Source: Rhynchopus sp. YZ270_cl-10
Taxonomy: Eukaryota
Direction: 5' to 3'
DNA: 64,000 bases
Assembly: GCA_964035575.1 (NCBI GenBank)
Contig: OZ037844.1
Location: 1,426,001 to 1,490,000, forward strand
This document shows, in pieces, positions 48,510 to 59,158 of this stretch. How positions within the stretch are numbered: the first letter of the stretch is position 1; the number at the start of each line of letters is the position of its first letter. The notes beneath the pieces are model-generated. The model made no database searches, was not told the origin of the DNA, and was given only the letters and a program-made list of their open reading frames with translations. The position numbers were made by a program, and so were the translations under genes.

Positions 48510-49246
48510 AACAAACAATCCACAAAAAGTAAAAAAAAAAGTTTGGGTACATTTCGTGTACCCTATTATACCTTCTATTCAGTAGAATAGTTAGTACATG
48601 AGACAACGTCTTTAGGTACACTGTCACGAAAGGGCTTTGTATTTCAAGTCAACTTTCTTTTGTCATGTCTGCTCTGTGTTCGCCACGTTTTGTCACCATG
48701 ATGTGCCAAGCATAGGTGACCCATTTTCCCCTTTCCCCCCTCACGAGGTGTGACCCAGATCGCAAAGCAAAACTTTGCACTGTTGAGCACAAGCAAAGAC
48801 ACAAAGCTTGGATCTGGTGAGTGCAGGTGGCTCCGTGCCAGACCACAGAGTTCCGCACTGTTCATGATGCCTCTCAAGCAAATCACTCAAAACAAACCCG
48901 ACCCAAGGCAATGTGACTTTGGGCAAACGATTTTTATCCTTCTCTCCTTCGTGGATTAAATTTGAAGCAAACCTTTCCTCCCCACATGCCCTTGACGACG
49001 TCATTACGTCGTCATGACACCTGGCAGCCTGACAGGTCCACCGTGGCAACAGAGAAATTGAAAAAGTAGTGACGCTCATCCTCGGGTGTGTTCAATCATA
49101 CAATGAAGTTGTCCTAAAAAAAAAAAGTCCAATTTTGAAATATTCCGCTCTTGCCTCCTTTGCCTCCTTTGTGTCCCTCCTCCCCACCTCACAACCCACG
49201 CATAAAAAGGAAAACCACAACACACATTAACGAGAAGTTCAAAACC

Positions 49247-51901
49247 ATGTCGAAGCGACGCACAGACAGCACACCTGACGAGAACCCACCAAAGAGAAGA
49301 AAGCTTTCAGACTCGGTCTTGGTGGAGGCTGCCAGGAACGGCGACACGACTGCCGTGCGGGTGGGACTTGAGAAGCTCAGCCCAGACACAGACAGCAAAA
49401 CGGTTGCCTTCGATGCTGTGCACGAGGCATGCAGAGGGAACCACGATGAATGCCTCGCACTGCTTCTTCCGTATGTTGAGACAACACAGATGGGCTTCGG
49501 GATGCTGCTGAGTGAGTGCATCCACGCAGACCACACTGCGTGCACGGAGGTCCTCTTGCAGCATTGGAAGTCAGTCTGCAGCAACGTTGCGTTTGTCCCA
49601 CACGGGCAGGAGGACAAGAAAGACCGTGCCTGTCCAGCCATGTGGGAGGACCCTTCAGTGTGTCAGGTGCTCATTGATGCAGGGGCAGACATCCAGACAA
49701 AGGACGACATGGGACGTTCACCTCTGCACTGGTCTTGCCGTTCGGGAGCACTCGCAGTTGTGAAAATTTTGGTCGAAGCAGGTGCGGGAGCGTGTGGTAC
49801 GTGCAACTTCGGAAACACATGTCTTATGTTTGCGGCACATCATGGACACACCGAGACTGTGCGCTATCTTGTTGGGTTGAAGGATGTGGACGTGAACCAC
49901 AAGGATGAGGACGGCTTCACTGCGGTGCTTTGTGCAGTTCGGCAAAATTATTCAGATGTGGTGGAGGTGCTCATTGATGCAGGGGCAGGCATCGAGACAA
50001 AGAGCAAATATGATAGTTCACCTCTGCTGTTTGCAAGCAGTTCAGGGCATCTCGATATTGTGAAGATGTTGGTCGAAGCAGGTGCGAGAATGTGTGTCAC
50101 TGTCAACAACGGGATCACATGTCTTATGCTTGCGGCAAATTTTGGACACACCGAGACTGTGCGCTATCTTGTGGGCTTGAAGGATGTGGACGTGAATCAT
50201 GAAAATGAGAACAACGGCTCCACTGCGTTGCACTGCGCAGTGCAGGGAGGGCATGTAGATGTGATGCGGGTGTTGCTTGATGCAGGGGCTGACATCGAGA
50301 CAAAGACCAGCGCGGGGGATTCTCCTCTGCTCTTGGCTGGCTTTTATGGGAAGCTGGATGTTGCCGAGGTGTTGGTCAAAGCAGGTGCGGACGTGTGTGT
50401 CACAGACAGCAAAGGACTCACGTGTCTTATGCTTGCTGCTAATTGTGGACACACCGAGACTGTGCGCTATCTTGTGGGCTTGAAGGATGTGGACGTGAAT
50501 CATGAAAATGAGTACGGCGCCACTGCATTGCTCTGCGCAGTGCAGAAGGGACTTCCCACTGTGGTGCAGGTGCTCATTGATGCAGGGGCAGACGTGCAGA
50601 CAAAGAACACCAATGGAGAATTGCCTCTACACTTTGCTAGCTTCATGGGCGAGCTGGGGGCTGTGAAGTTGTTGGTCGAAGCAGGTGCGGACGTGCGTGC
50701 CACACAGAAAGGAGACACGTGTCTTATGCTTGCGTCGGGCGCTGGACACATCGATACTGTGCGCTACCTTGTGGGTTTGCCGGGTGTAGAAGTGAATACT
50801 CATGAAGAGAAGAAGGGTTTCACTGCGTTGCACTTCGCAGTGCAGGAAGGACATGCCGATGTGGTGCAGGTGCTCATTGATGCAGGGGCAGACATGGAGG
50901 CAAAGAACAGCGCGGGTTGTTCTGCACTGCTCTTGGCTGGCTTTCATGGGAAGCTGGACGTTATCAAAGTGTTGATCAAAGCAGGTGCGTGCGTGTGTGT
51001 CACGGAGAACAATGGAGACACGTGTCTTATGCTTGCATCACTCTATAGACACACCGAGACTGTACGCACTCTTCTGTGCATGCCTGAGGTGGATGTGAAT
51101 CATGCAAAGTACAACGGCTCCACTTCGCTACACTACGCAGTGTTAAAGAAGCACACAGATGTGGTGCAGGTGCTCATTGCTGCAGGGGCTGATGTTGATG
51201 CAAATAACAGCCTCGGAAGCACACCACTTCACTGTGCTTGTGAGGTTGGGGAACTCGACATTGTGCAGATGTTGCTGGAAGCAGGTGCGGGCGTGAGTCT
51301 GGTGGACGATAAGACTAACACGTGTCTTATCATTGCGGCGTATGCAGGACACACCGAGACTGTGCGCTATCTTGTGGGCTTGAAGGATGTGGACGTGAAT
51401 TATCGAGGCATGACCAACTTCACAGCGTTACACGTCGCAGTGCATGAAGGACATCACAATGTGCTGAAGGTTCTCATTGATGCAGGGGCAGATATGGAGG
51501 TTGCGAACAGCAGGGGTACACTGGCTCTGGAGTGTGCGTGCAATCGTGGGGATGTTGTGAGTGTGAAGATGTTGGTCGAAGCAGGCGCAAATGTGCATGT
51601 TGCAGACACGAACAGAGCCTCCTGTCTCATGCTCGCAGTGCTTGAAGGACACGCCGAGACGGTGCGCTACCTTGCAGGCTTGCCACAGGTGGACGTGGAC
51701 GAAGTGCGTCAAGGAAAGACTGCGCTGTGCTGTGCACTGGACGGGGGAGCACATGCCGATGTGGTGCAGGCGCTTGGTGCGACACGTCGCATGCATGTCT
51801 CACGGACAGCGTGTGGTGGATGTCCTGTTGTATGGTGGGGTATTGGGGGTTTGTTTTTGGGGGTCTATGGTTATTTTAAACTAGCGAGAAGGGGTGTTTA
51901 G
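49247..51901 (+). CDS. Ankyrin-repeat protein, family copy 6, hydrophobic C-terminal tail
   Basis: Intact ORF ending VVWWGIGGLFLGVYGYFKLARRGV. Confidence 0.9.
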   Translation: MSKRRTDSTPDENPPKRRKLSDSVLVEAARNGDTTAVRVGLEKLSPDTDSKTVAFDAVHEACRGNHDECLALLLPYVETTQMGFGMLLSECIHADHTACTEVLLQHWKSVCSNVAFVPHGQEDKKDRACPAMWEDPSVCQVLIDAGADIQTKDDMGRSPLHWSCRSGALAVVKILVEAGAGACGTCNFGNTCLMFAAHHGHTETVRYLVGLKDVDVNHKDEDGFTAVLCAVRQNYSDVVEVLIDAGAGIETKSKYDSSPLLFASSSGHLDIVKMLVEAGARMCVTVNNGITCLMLAANFGHTETVRYLVGLKDVDVNHENENNGSTALHCAVQGGHVDVMRVLLDAGADIETKTSAGDSPLLLAGFYGKLDVAEVLVKAGADVCVTDSKGLTCLMLAANCGHTETVRYLVGLKDVDVNHENEYGATALLCAVQKGLPTVVQVLIDAGADVQTKNTNGELPLHFASFMGELGAVKLLVEAGADVRATQKGDTCLMLASGAGHIDTVRYLVGLPGVEVNTHEEKKGFTALHFAVQEGHADVVQVLIDAGADMEAKNSAGCSALLLAGFHGKLDVIKVLIKAGACVCVTENNGDTCLMLASLYRHTETVRTLLCMPEVDVNHAKYNGSTSLHYAVLKKHTDVVQVLIAAGADVDANNSLGSTPLHCACEVGELDIVQMLLEAGAGVSLVDDKTNTCLIIAAYAGHTETVRYLVGLKDVDVNYRGMTNFTALHVAVHEGHHNVLKVLIDAGADMEVANSRGTLALECACNRGDVVSVKMLVEAGANVHVADTNRASCLMLAVLEGHAETVRYLAGLPQVDVDEVRQGKTALCCALDGGAHADVVQALGATRRMHVSRTACGGCPVVWWGIGGLFLGVYGYFKLARRGV

Positions 51902-52378
51902 GAAATGTGAAGATGTTGGTCGAAGGTGTGGAGTGCGCATCACGACAACCCGTATTTCCCTGCTGTTTTTTGGTTTTCCCCAGCCAATTTCTATTACAAA
52001 TTTTGGAGCAGGGAAATATAGTAATTTTGACCAGGGAAAATATAGTAATTGGCTGGGATTTGCACGTAAAAATGTTCGCGGAAAATGGAGGGTGTTCAAA
52101 TTTCCCGTTTTTCCCTTTGTCTTTGCCATTTTTTTTTTTTTCAAAAAAAAATGGCTGGTTCACTTTTGTGCCTCGTTCTAACTAACCGGCACTGTACAGA
52201 TTGTAAGACATCTGGCCCTCGCTTCGCTCGGACCAAGTGCTTTTCATGTGCATAGTAAACGTACCCCCCTCGCCCTGTCCAGTTTGATGTGGAAAAAAAA
52301 AAGTCGAGCCTTGGGCTAAGTTGAACAACAAAAAAAAAAAAATTTTTTTTTTTTTTTTTGACAAGGCAATTTTCAGGT

Positions 52379-54012
52379 GAAAAAAAATTTTTTTTTTCGA
52401 AAAATTTTTGGCCCCCTGGGGTGGGTCTGGGGGCACCGAAAAATGCCAAAAAAACGCAAAAATCGGCTGTTTTGAGCATCTGTGGTTACACCATATACAC
52501 GTCTCTGTACAAGCCTATGCTATAGGCAAGGCGCTGTTTGACACAAAAATTTTTTTTTTTTTTTTACGAAAACCGAGTTTTCGTCACCTGTGGGTGGTCG
52601 AAGGATCGAAATTTGTGAAAAATTTGCACTTTTTTTTTTTGACCCAAAAATTTTTTTTTCGACAAGGCAACGGGAAAAATGACTAAGGGGAAAGGGGAAA
52701 AAAGGGAAAAACGGGAATTTGGAGGATCCTCTATTTTTTTTAAGTAAGAGAAAACCGAATGGAGTGGGAACGCTAGTGAGAGCGCAGCGGAAACGATAGT
52801 GGGAACGCAACGAGCTTTTTTCATAATGTTTTATTCTTCCCCACAAAATATCACGCGCAGAGAAACACTCGTTTTTCACACAGCGCGTCCGTTTGTTTGT
52901 TTTTCTCAAACGACACCTTTTTTCAAAAATTTTTGTACTCAGGTAGCTACGTAGCCTTCAGGGAGGCAATCGTGTGCTAATACAGAAAGTATCAGTCAAG
53001 GCTGTCCTTACAGACGCATGCCAAAGCGGCCGCCACATGGGTGTGGACTTTAGATTGAAGTTTCATCATTGTACTAGCCCAGGGAGGGTTCCCGGCTACC
53101 GGCGAGGTCTCTTCCAATCCGTTCCCTAGTTTCCTAGGGGGGCCTCCTTGGCTTCACTGGCTAGGGCTCTGCAGGTCCCTCCACACATGTTGTGTGCCTG
53201 CCTTCAGCACCCAGGGTAGCATACCCAGCACCTTTTACCCTCAGGTCAGACCTTCATAGAGTTTCAGGAGGAGTGCCACAAAAGGGCCCCCGGATGCAAT
53301 TTAACGTCCAGCCCAGGACGTTTTCCGTGGAATCGGATGTAAATAACAAAGTGTTTTTATGTGGGTGGTGTCAATCATGACGTCAATTCGCGTACACAAA
53401 AGTGTGCAGTGGCCAGAAGACAAGCTTGAATATATTATTTTCATCATGTTCTTAGGTGGCGGCTCTCCGATTCAGGCACCCCTACCGTAATAGGCACACC
53501 TTCACCGTGCCCGTCCCCAGGCCAAAGCCGAACGGGGTCCGCCATAGGGTCTTGAGAGCGCCGACTTTGGGTACGTTAATCCCTTACCATACCTACTCAT
53601 CGACGGAGCTGTGCGTTATGGGTAAGGAGTGCTCTTAGAGCCCACCTCGGGGTCGCTCATGTATCCCCCCCAAAGGTATTGTCCCACGGGCGGTCGCAGG
53701 GCTCTAGTTCATCCCCCCATACGTCCCCGGCACAAGGCCTTCGCGCGGTCAAAGGAATCCCATCATAGAGCCCCCCCCTACCTACTAGGAACATACCTCC
53801 ACGACTGGATGCAGTTTTAGGTCATACCCAGGACCAGGCTATTTTGAGGATCATTTTCACAGTCACATTTTACCTTAGCAAAATCTGAAAAAAAAAATTT
53901 TTTTTTCGAAAAATTTTTAGACCCCTGGGGTGGGTCTTGGGGCACCGAAAAATGCAAAAAAACGTAAAAATCGGGTGTTTTGAGCATCTGTGGTTACACC
54001 ATATACACGTCT
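52379..54012. repeat. Pair of ~125-bp direct repeats (52379-52505, 53887-54012) inside a larger insertion downstream of copy 6
   Basis: Shared CCCCTGGGGTGGGTC..GGGGCACCGAAAAATGC...TTTTGAGCATCTGTGGTTACACCATATACACGTCT. The copy 6 flank departs from the copy 7 flank at ~51950. Confidence 0.75.
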
Positions 54013-55825
54013 GTAACCCCACATAGGACCATTACCATGGTTTCGTTAGCCCTTGTGGCATGCCCTCCTGCAGTTTCCTGCTCATCGATCGGCGGCCTCT
54101 AGTCCGTGTGGACTTGGGCCACTTGGGCCACCAGCTTCCGGAGGAGCGACGCTCACGTGCGAGCGTCGGACCGGTCACTGCTCTGGGTGCCATGTGCTCT
54201 AGCCAATTCTTGACGAGGATGGGGGTGCAGACCGCCAAGTCCGGACGGTAGGAGGGAACCTTCCCCACCACACGTCAGTTCTCCTAAGCTCCTTGTGACT
54301 TGACTCGTGCCGGTGCTGGTGTCGACAAGCTTCAACCCCTTCTTGTGACCCACCGAGCACGCAGCCAACAGTGCGTCAAACCCTCAAGATCCTGTAGCAC
54401 CGAGGGTGTGTGGCCCCAAGCGTCTGCGCCAGGACATACGCCGTCTGCCATCAAGCGGAGGGTGCTCCAATACTCCTCAGACACGAAGGAGCAATCACAG
54501 CGATCACGAATCACGCGATTGAGGCGGTTTCACAGGTGGTCAGCGGGAGGCTTCACAAAGCAACACCGCTTCCGGAGATGACCGGCTCCCCTCTTCCTCA
54601 ACATGCACCAGAGCCCTATTTTTCACAAGCGGTCCCGAAACCTTAAAGTTTGCGCAAGCCCTGGAGTCATCCGATGACGCAAGGCAAGTCACTCTCCCAA
54701 AGCGATGGCATTGGATGGCAGTATCCGAAGTCAGACCTCCGGGTAATATTGAATCCTTAATGGACGACTTCAATGTGATCGCTGCCTTCTCCCTCTACGC
54801 CCCACACTTCAAGAACGCGGAGACTCGCAAGCTACAAGTAATTTGAGTTTGTTTCTGCGAGCCGAAACCGTTCATCTTCGGAGATATGTACAGTGTGCGC
54901 ACTACTTTCCGCAGGAAGAACGGGCCTTTTTGGGCTCCGACCTCAGAGGCCGTTTTCGAGGACAGCTACAATGAGATATTTCGGTTTCCTCAATTTTTTG
55001 TAAAAAAGCGAAAATCTGCCTACGTGCTTGAAAAATGCTGTGCATTTTTGGTAGAATTTTTTAAAAATTGCTATACTCCCCTATGACTGGACCCAACTCC
55101 CCTCACTCTTTTTTTGGTCAAAAACACCCCAAATTTTTTCACCTTTTTTTCCATTTTTTCCGTTTTTGACCTTTTGAGACACCCTCCAATAAAGTTATTT
55201 TTTTTTTTCCTGGTTTTTCTGGTATACCAGTGTACCGTGTACCTGGATACCTGGATACCTGGGTACCTGGGCCGAAAATAAACCAGTACCCAGGTGCCTG
55301 GGTACCCAGACACAGCACTGTACCCAGAATCCAGTCTCCCACCCAGAAAACCTACTCATACACCAGAAAAGTGAAAATGACTGACAGGACAGGTTACACA
55401 GCACACTAGGGGTCACAATCCCCTGAGCAATTTGGCTTTTGGCACTTTATTTGCGCGAATAAAATTACAAACTCTTGGGAAATATAGAAGTATTTCCCTT
55501 CGGGTGGTGGCAACCACCCTCAGGGAAATATTCCTTCTATATTTCCCTAGAGTATATAACTAATATTCCTCCAAAGTCCCACACCGCCTTTTCCGGTGTG
55601 GGTACACCAGCATAATAAGATCCCCTGTTCGTGTCAATGCACTCTCTCCTACCCGCATTGCGCAACAATTCTGTTACTTTGCCTTTGTGTTGCCTTTGTG
55701 AGGTACTTCGTCCCCACGATAGCACACCTTGTTGCTTTCCTGTGTTTTTGTAACACAACTTACTTCGTACATAAAAACTAACCCCTTTTTTTATTTTTTT
55801 TGACGCTCTTTTTTTGCTTTTGTTG

Positions 55826-56488
55826 GTCCTGGGCTTTGCATCCGGGGGCGTTCCTCCTGACACTCTAGTGTGTATGAAGGTGTTGACCGCTCGAATCGAT
55901 GTCTTGACCTGAGACTACAACACAGGAGGCGAGGAGGGGTATGCAGGGCTGCTTCAGAGTCTGTTTGCTTTTCAGCTACCCTGCCTCTCCTTTATTACCA
56001 GTGCATAGCCTTTGTTTTTCTATTGGGTATGCGGGACTTTCCCTAGTCCTCAGTGTGGAATCCTCTTAGTCTTTTGCGCAACAAGCAAGAGTAACGAGTC
56101 TCTCGAGCATTTCTTGCACCATGCTCATCCTCGAATGACATCATCTCTTGACAACACTGGAATCCCGCACAGCTGATGCTGTGCGATAACGAATGTGATC
56201 AAGGTGAGGAACCACGAGAGCTTCAGGTTCATCTTTGTAAACTTTTCGCTCTTTCCCCTTCGCAGATGCGAAACTCGCACCTGTGAATTCAAAAACAATT
56301 CTCTTTAATGATGATCAACACAATGCAGACATCAGCCACATAAAAAACAGTACGACCCCATTTGTTTTGCATCCAACTTCAATACCCCCGTCACAAAGTG
56401 TACCAACAAGGACCACTTCCGTTTGGCTCCTCACAATCCCCGCATAAAAAGGAAAACCACAACACACATCAACGAGAAGTTCAAAACC
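55826..56488 (+). repeat. Upstream block of copy 7, duplicated upstream of copy 8 (59383-59622 plus 60473-60867)
   Basis: Alignable blocks GAAGGTGTTGACCGCTCGAA... and GAGTCTCTCGAGCATTTCTTGCACC.... The copy 8 version has ~850 bp extra. Confidence 0.85.
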
Positions 56489-59158
56489 ATGTCGAAGCGA
56501 CACGCAGACAGCACACCTGACGAGAAGGCACCAAAGAGAAGAAAGCTTTCAGACTCGGTCTTGGTGGAGGCTGCCAGGAACGGCGACACGACTGCCGTGC
56601 GGGTGGAACTTGACAATTTCAGCCCAGACACAGACAGCAAAACGATTGCCTTCGATGCTGTGCACGAGGCATGCAGAGGGAACCACGATGAATGCCTCGC
56701 ACTGCTTCTTCCGTATGTTGAGACAACGCAGATGGGCTTCGGGATGCTGCTGAGTGAGTGCGTCCACGCAGACCACACTGCGTGCACGGAGGTCCTCTTG
56801 CAGCATTGGAAGTCAGTCTGCAGCAACGTTGCGTTTGTCCCACACGGGGTAGAGGTAGATAGCGAAGATAAGACACCTCGTCCCTGTCCAGCCATGTGGG
56901 GGGACCCTGCAGTGTGTCAGGTGCTCATTGATGCAGGGGCGGACATTGAGACAAAGGACGAGAAGGGATGTGTACCTCTGCTCAGGGCAAGCATTTCAGG
57001 CAAGATCGCAGTTGTGAAGATGTTGGTCGAAGCAGGTGCGGGAGTGCGTGTCACAGACAACAAAGGAATCACGTGTCTTTTGTTTGCGTCATATTTTGGA
57101 CACACCGAGACTGTGCGCTATCTTGTGGGTTTGAAGGATGTGGATGTGAATCATGAAAATGAGAACAACGGCTGCACTGCGTTGCACTGCGCAGTGCAGG
57201 AAGGGCATGGAGATGTGATGCGGGTGTTGCTTGATGCAGGGGCTGACATCGAGACAAAGAACAGCGCGGGGGATTCCCCTCTGCTCTTGGCTGGCTTAGT
57301 TGGGAAGCTGGATGTTGCCGAGGTGTTGGTCAAAGCAGGTGCGGACGTGTGTGTCACAGACAGCAAGGGACTCACGTGCCTTATGCTTGCTGCTAATTTT
57401 GGACACACCGAGACTGTGCGCTATCTTGTGGGTTTGAAGGATGTGGACGTGAATCATGAAAATGAGAACGGCGCCACTGCATTGCTCTGCGCAGTGCAGA
57501 AGGGACTTCCCACTGTGGTGCAGGTGCTCATTGATGCAGGGGCAGACGTGCAGGCAAAGAACACTAATGGAGAATTGCCTCTAAACTTTGCTAGCTGTTT
57601 TGACAAGCTGGGGACTGTGAAGATGTTGGTCGAAGCAGGTGCGGACGTGCGTGCCACACAGAAAGGAGAGACGTGTCTCATGCTTGCGTCGGGCGCTGGA
57701 CACATCGAGACTGTGCGCTATCTTGTAGGCTTGCCGGGTGTGGAAGTGAATACTCATGAAGAGAAGAAGGGCTTCACTGCGTTGCACTACGCAGTGCAGG
57801 GAGGGCGTGGCGATGTGGTGCAGGTGCTCATTGATGCAGGGGCTGACGTGCAGACAAGGGACAACAATGGGTCTTCGCTTCTACACTGTGCTAGCTTCTT
57901 AGGAAAGCTCAGGGCTGTGAAGATGTTGGTCGAAGCAGGTGCGGACGTGCGTGCCACAGACAAGAAAGGACAGACGATTCTTATGCTTGCGTCGGGCGCT
58001 GGACACATCGAGACTGTGCGGTACCTTGTGAGCTTGCCGGGTGTCGAAATGAGTAATCATGAACATAACAGCGGCTACACTGCGTTGCATTTCGCAGTGC
58101 ACGGAGGACATGCCGATGTGGTGCAGGTGCTCATTGATGCAGGGGCAGACATCGAGACAAAGAACAGCGAGGGTCGATCTCCTCTGCTCTTGGCTGTCTT
58201 TCATGGGAAGCTGGAAGTTGCTAAGGTGTTGGTCAAAGCAGGTGCGAGAGTGTGTGTCACAGACAGCAGTGGAGCCACGTGTCTTATGCTTGCGTCACTC
58301 TGTGGACACACCGAGACTGTGCGCACCCTTCTGTGCATGCCTGAGGTGGATGTGAATCATGCAAAGTACAACGGTTTGACTTCGCTCCACTACGCAGTGT
58401 TAAAGAAGCACACAGATGTGGTGCAGGTGCTCATTGCTGCAGGGGCAGACGTGCAGACCAAGGATAGCAATGGATCTTCGCCTCTGCACTTTGCTAGCTT
58501 CTTTGGCAAGCTGGGGACTGTGAAGATGTTGGTCGAAGCAGGTGCGGACGTGAGTCTGGTGGACGGTAAGACTAACACGTGTCTTATCATTGCGGCGTAT
58601 GCAGGACACACCGAGATTGTGCGCTATCTTGTGGGCTTGAAGGATGTGGACGTGAATTATCGAGGCATGACCAACTTCACAGCGTTGTACAGTGCGGTGG
58701 AGGAAGGACATCACAATGTGCTTGAGGTGCTCATTGATGCAGGGGCAGATATGGAGGTTGCGAACAGCAGGGGTACACTGGCTCTGGAGGTTGCGTGCAG
58801 TCGTGGGGATGTTGTGAGTGTGAAGATGTTGGTCGAAGCAGGTGCAAATGTGCATGTTGCAGACACGAACAGAGCCTCCTGTCTCATGCTTGCAGTGCTT
58901 AAAGGGCACGCCGAGACGGTGCGCTACCTTGCAGGCTTGCCACAGGTGGACGTGGATGAAGTGCGTCAAGGAAAGACTGCGCTGTGCTGTGCACTGGACG
59001 GGGGAGCACATGCCGATGTGGTGCAGGCGCTTGGTGCGACACGTCGCATGCATGTCTCACGGACAGCGTGTGGTGGATGTCCTGTTGTATGGTGGGGTAT
59101 TGGGGGTTTGTTTTTGGGGGTCTATGGTTATTTTAAACTAGCGAGAAGGGGTGTTTAG
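56489..59158 (+). CDS. Ankyrin-repeat protein, family copy 7, hydrophobic C-terminal tail
   Basis: Intact ORF; C-terminal part nearly identical to copy 6. Confidence 0.9.
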   Translation: MSKRHADSTPDEKAPKRRKLSDSVLVEAARNGDTTAVRVELDNFSPDTDSKTIAFDAVHEACRGNHDECLALLLPYVETTQMGFGMLLSECVHADHTACTEVLLQHWKSVCSNVAFVPHGVEVDSEDKTPRPCPAMWGDPAVCQVLIDAGADIETKDEKGCVPLLRASISGKIAVVKMLVEAGAGVRVTDNKGITCLLFASYFGHTETVRYLVGLKDVDVNHENENNGCTALHCAVQEGHGDVMRVLLDAGADIETKNSAGDSPLLLAGLVGKLDVAEVLVKAGADVCVTDSKGLTCLMLAANFGHTETVRYLVGLKDVDVNHENENGATALLCAVQKGLPTVVQVLIDAGADVQAKNTNGELPLNFASCFDKLGTVKMLVEAGADVRATQKGETCLMLASGAGHIETVRYLVGLPGVEVNTHEEKKGFTALHYAVQGGRGDVVQVLIDAGADVQTRDNNGSSLLHCASFLGKLRAVKMLVEAGADVRATDKKGQTILMLASGAGHIETVRYLVSLPGVEMSNHEHNSGYTALHFAVHGGHADVVQVLIDAGADIETKNSEGRSPLLLAVFHGKLEVAKVLVKAGARVCVTDSSGATCLMLASLCGHTETVRTLLCMPEVDVNHAKYNGLTSLHYAVLKKHTDVVQVLIAAGADVQTKDSNGSSPLHFASFFGKLGTVKMLVEAGADVSLVDGKTNTCLIIAAYAGHTEIVRYLVGLKDVDVNYRGMTNFTALYSAVEEGHHNVLEVLIDAGADMEVANSRGTLALEVACSRGDVVSVKMLVEAGANVHVADTNRASCLMLAVLKGHAETVRYLAGLPQVDVDEVRQGKTALCCALDGGAHADVVQALGATRRMHVSRTACGGCPVVWWGIGGLFLGVYGYFKLARRGV

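Noticed and set aside
54030..54960. Possible decayed recombinase or retroelement coding remnant (GHTPSAIKRRVL)
   Set aside because: The composition is coding-like but fragmented by stops, with no convincing catalytic motif set. A translated HMM search is needed.
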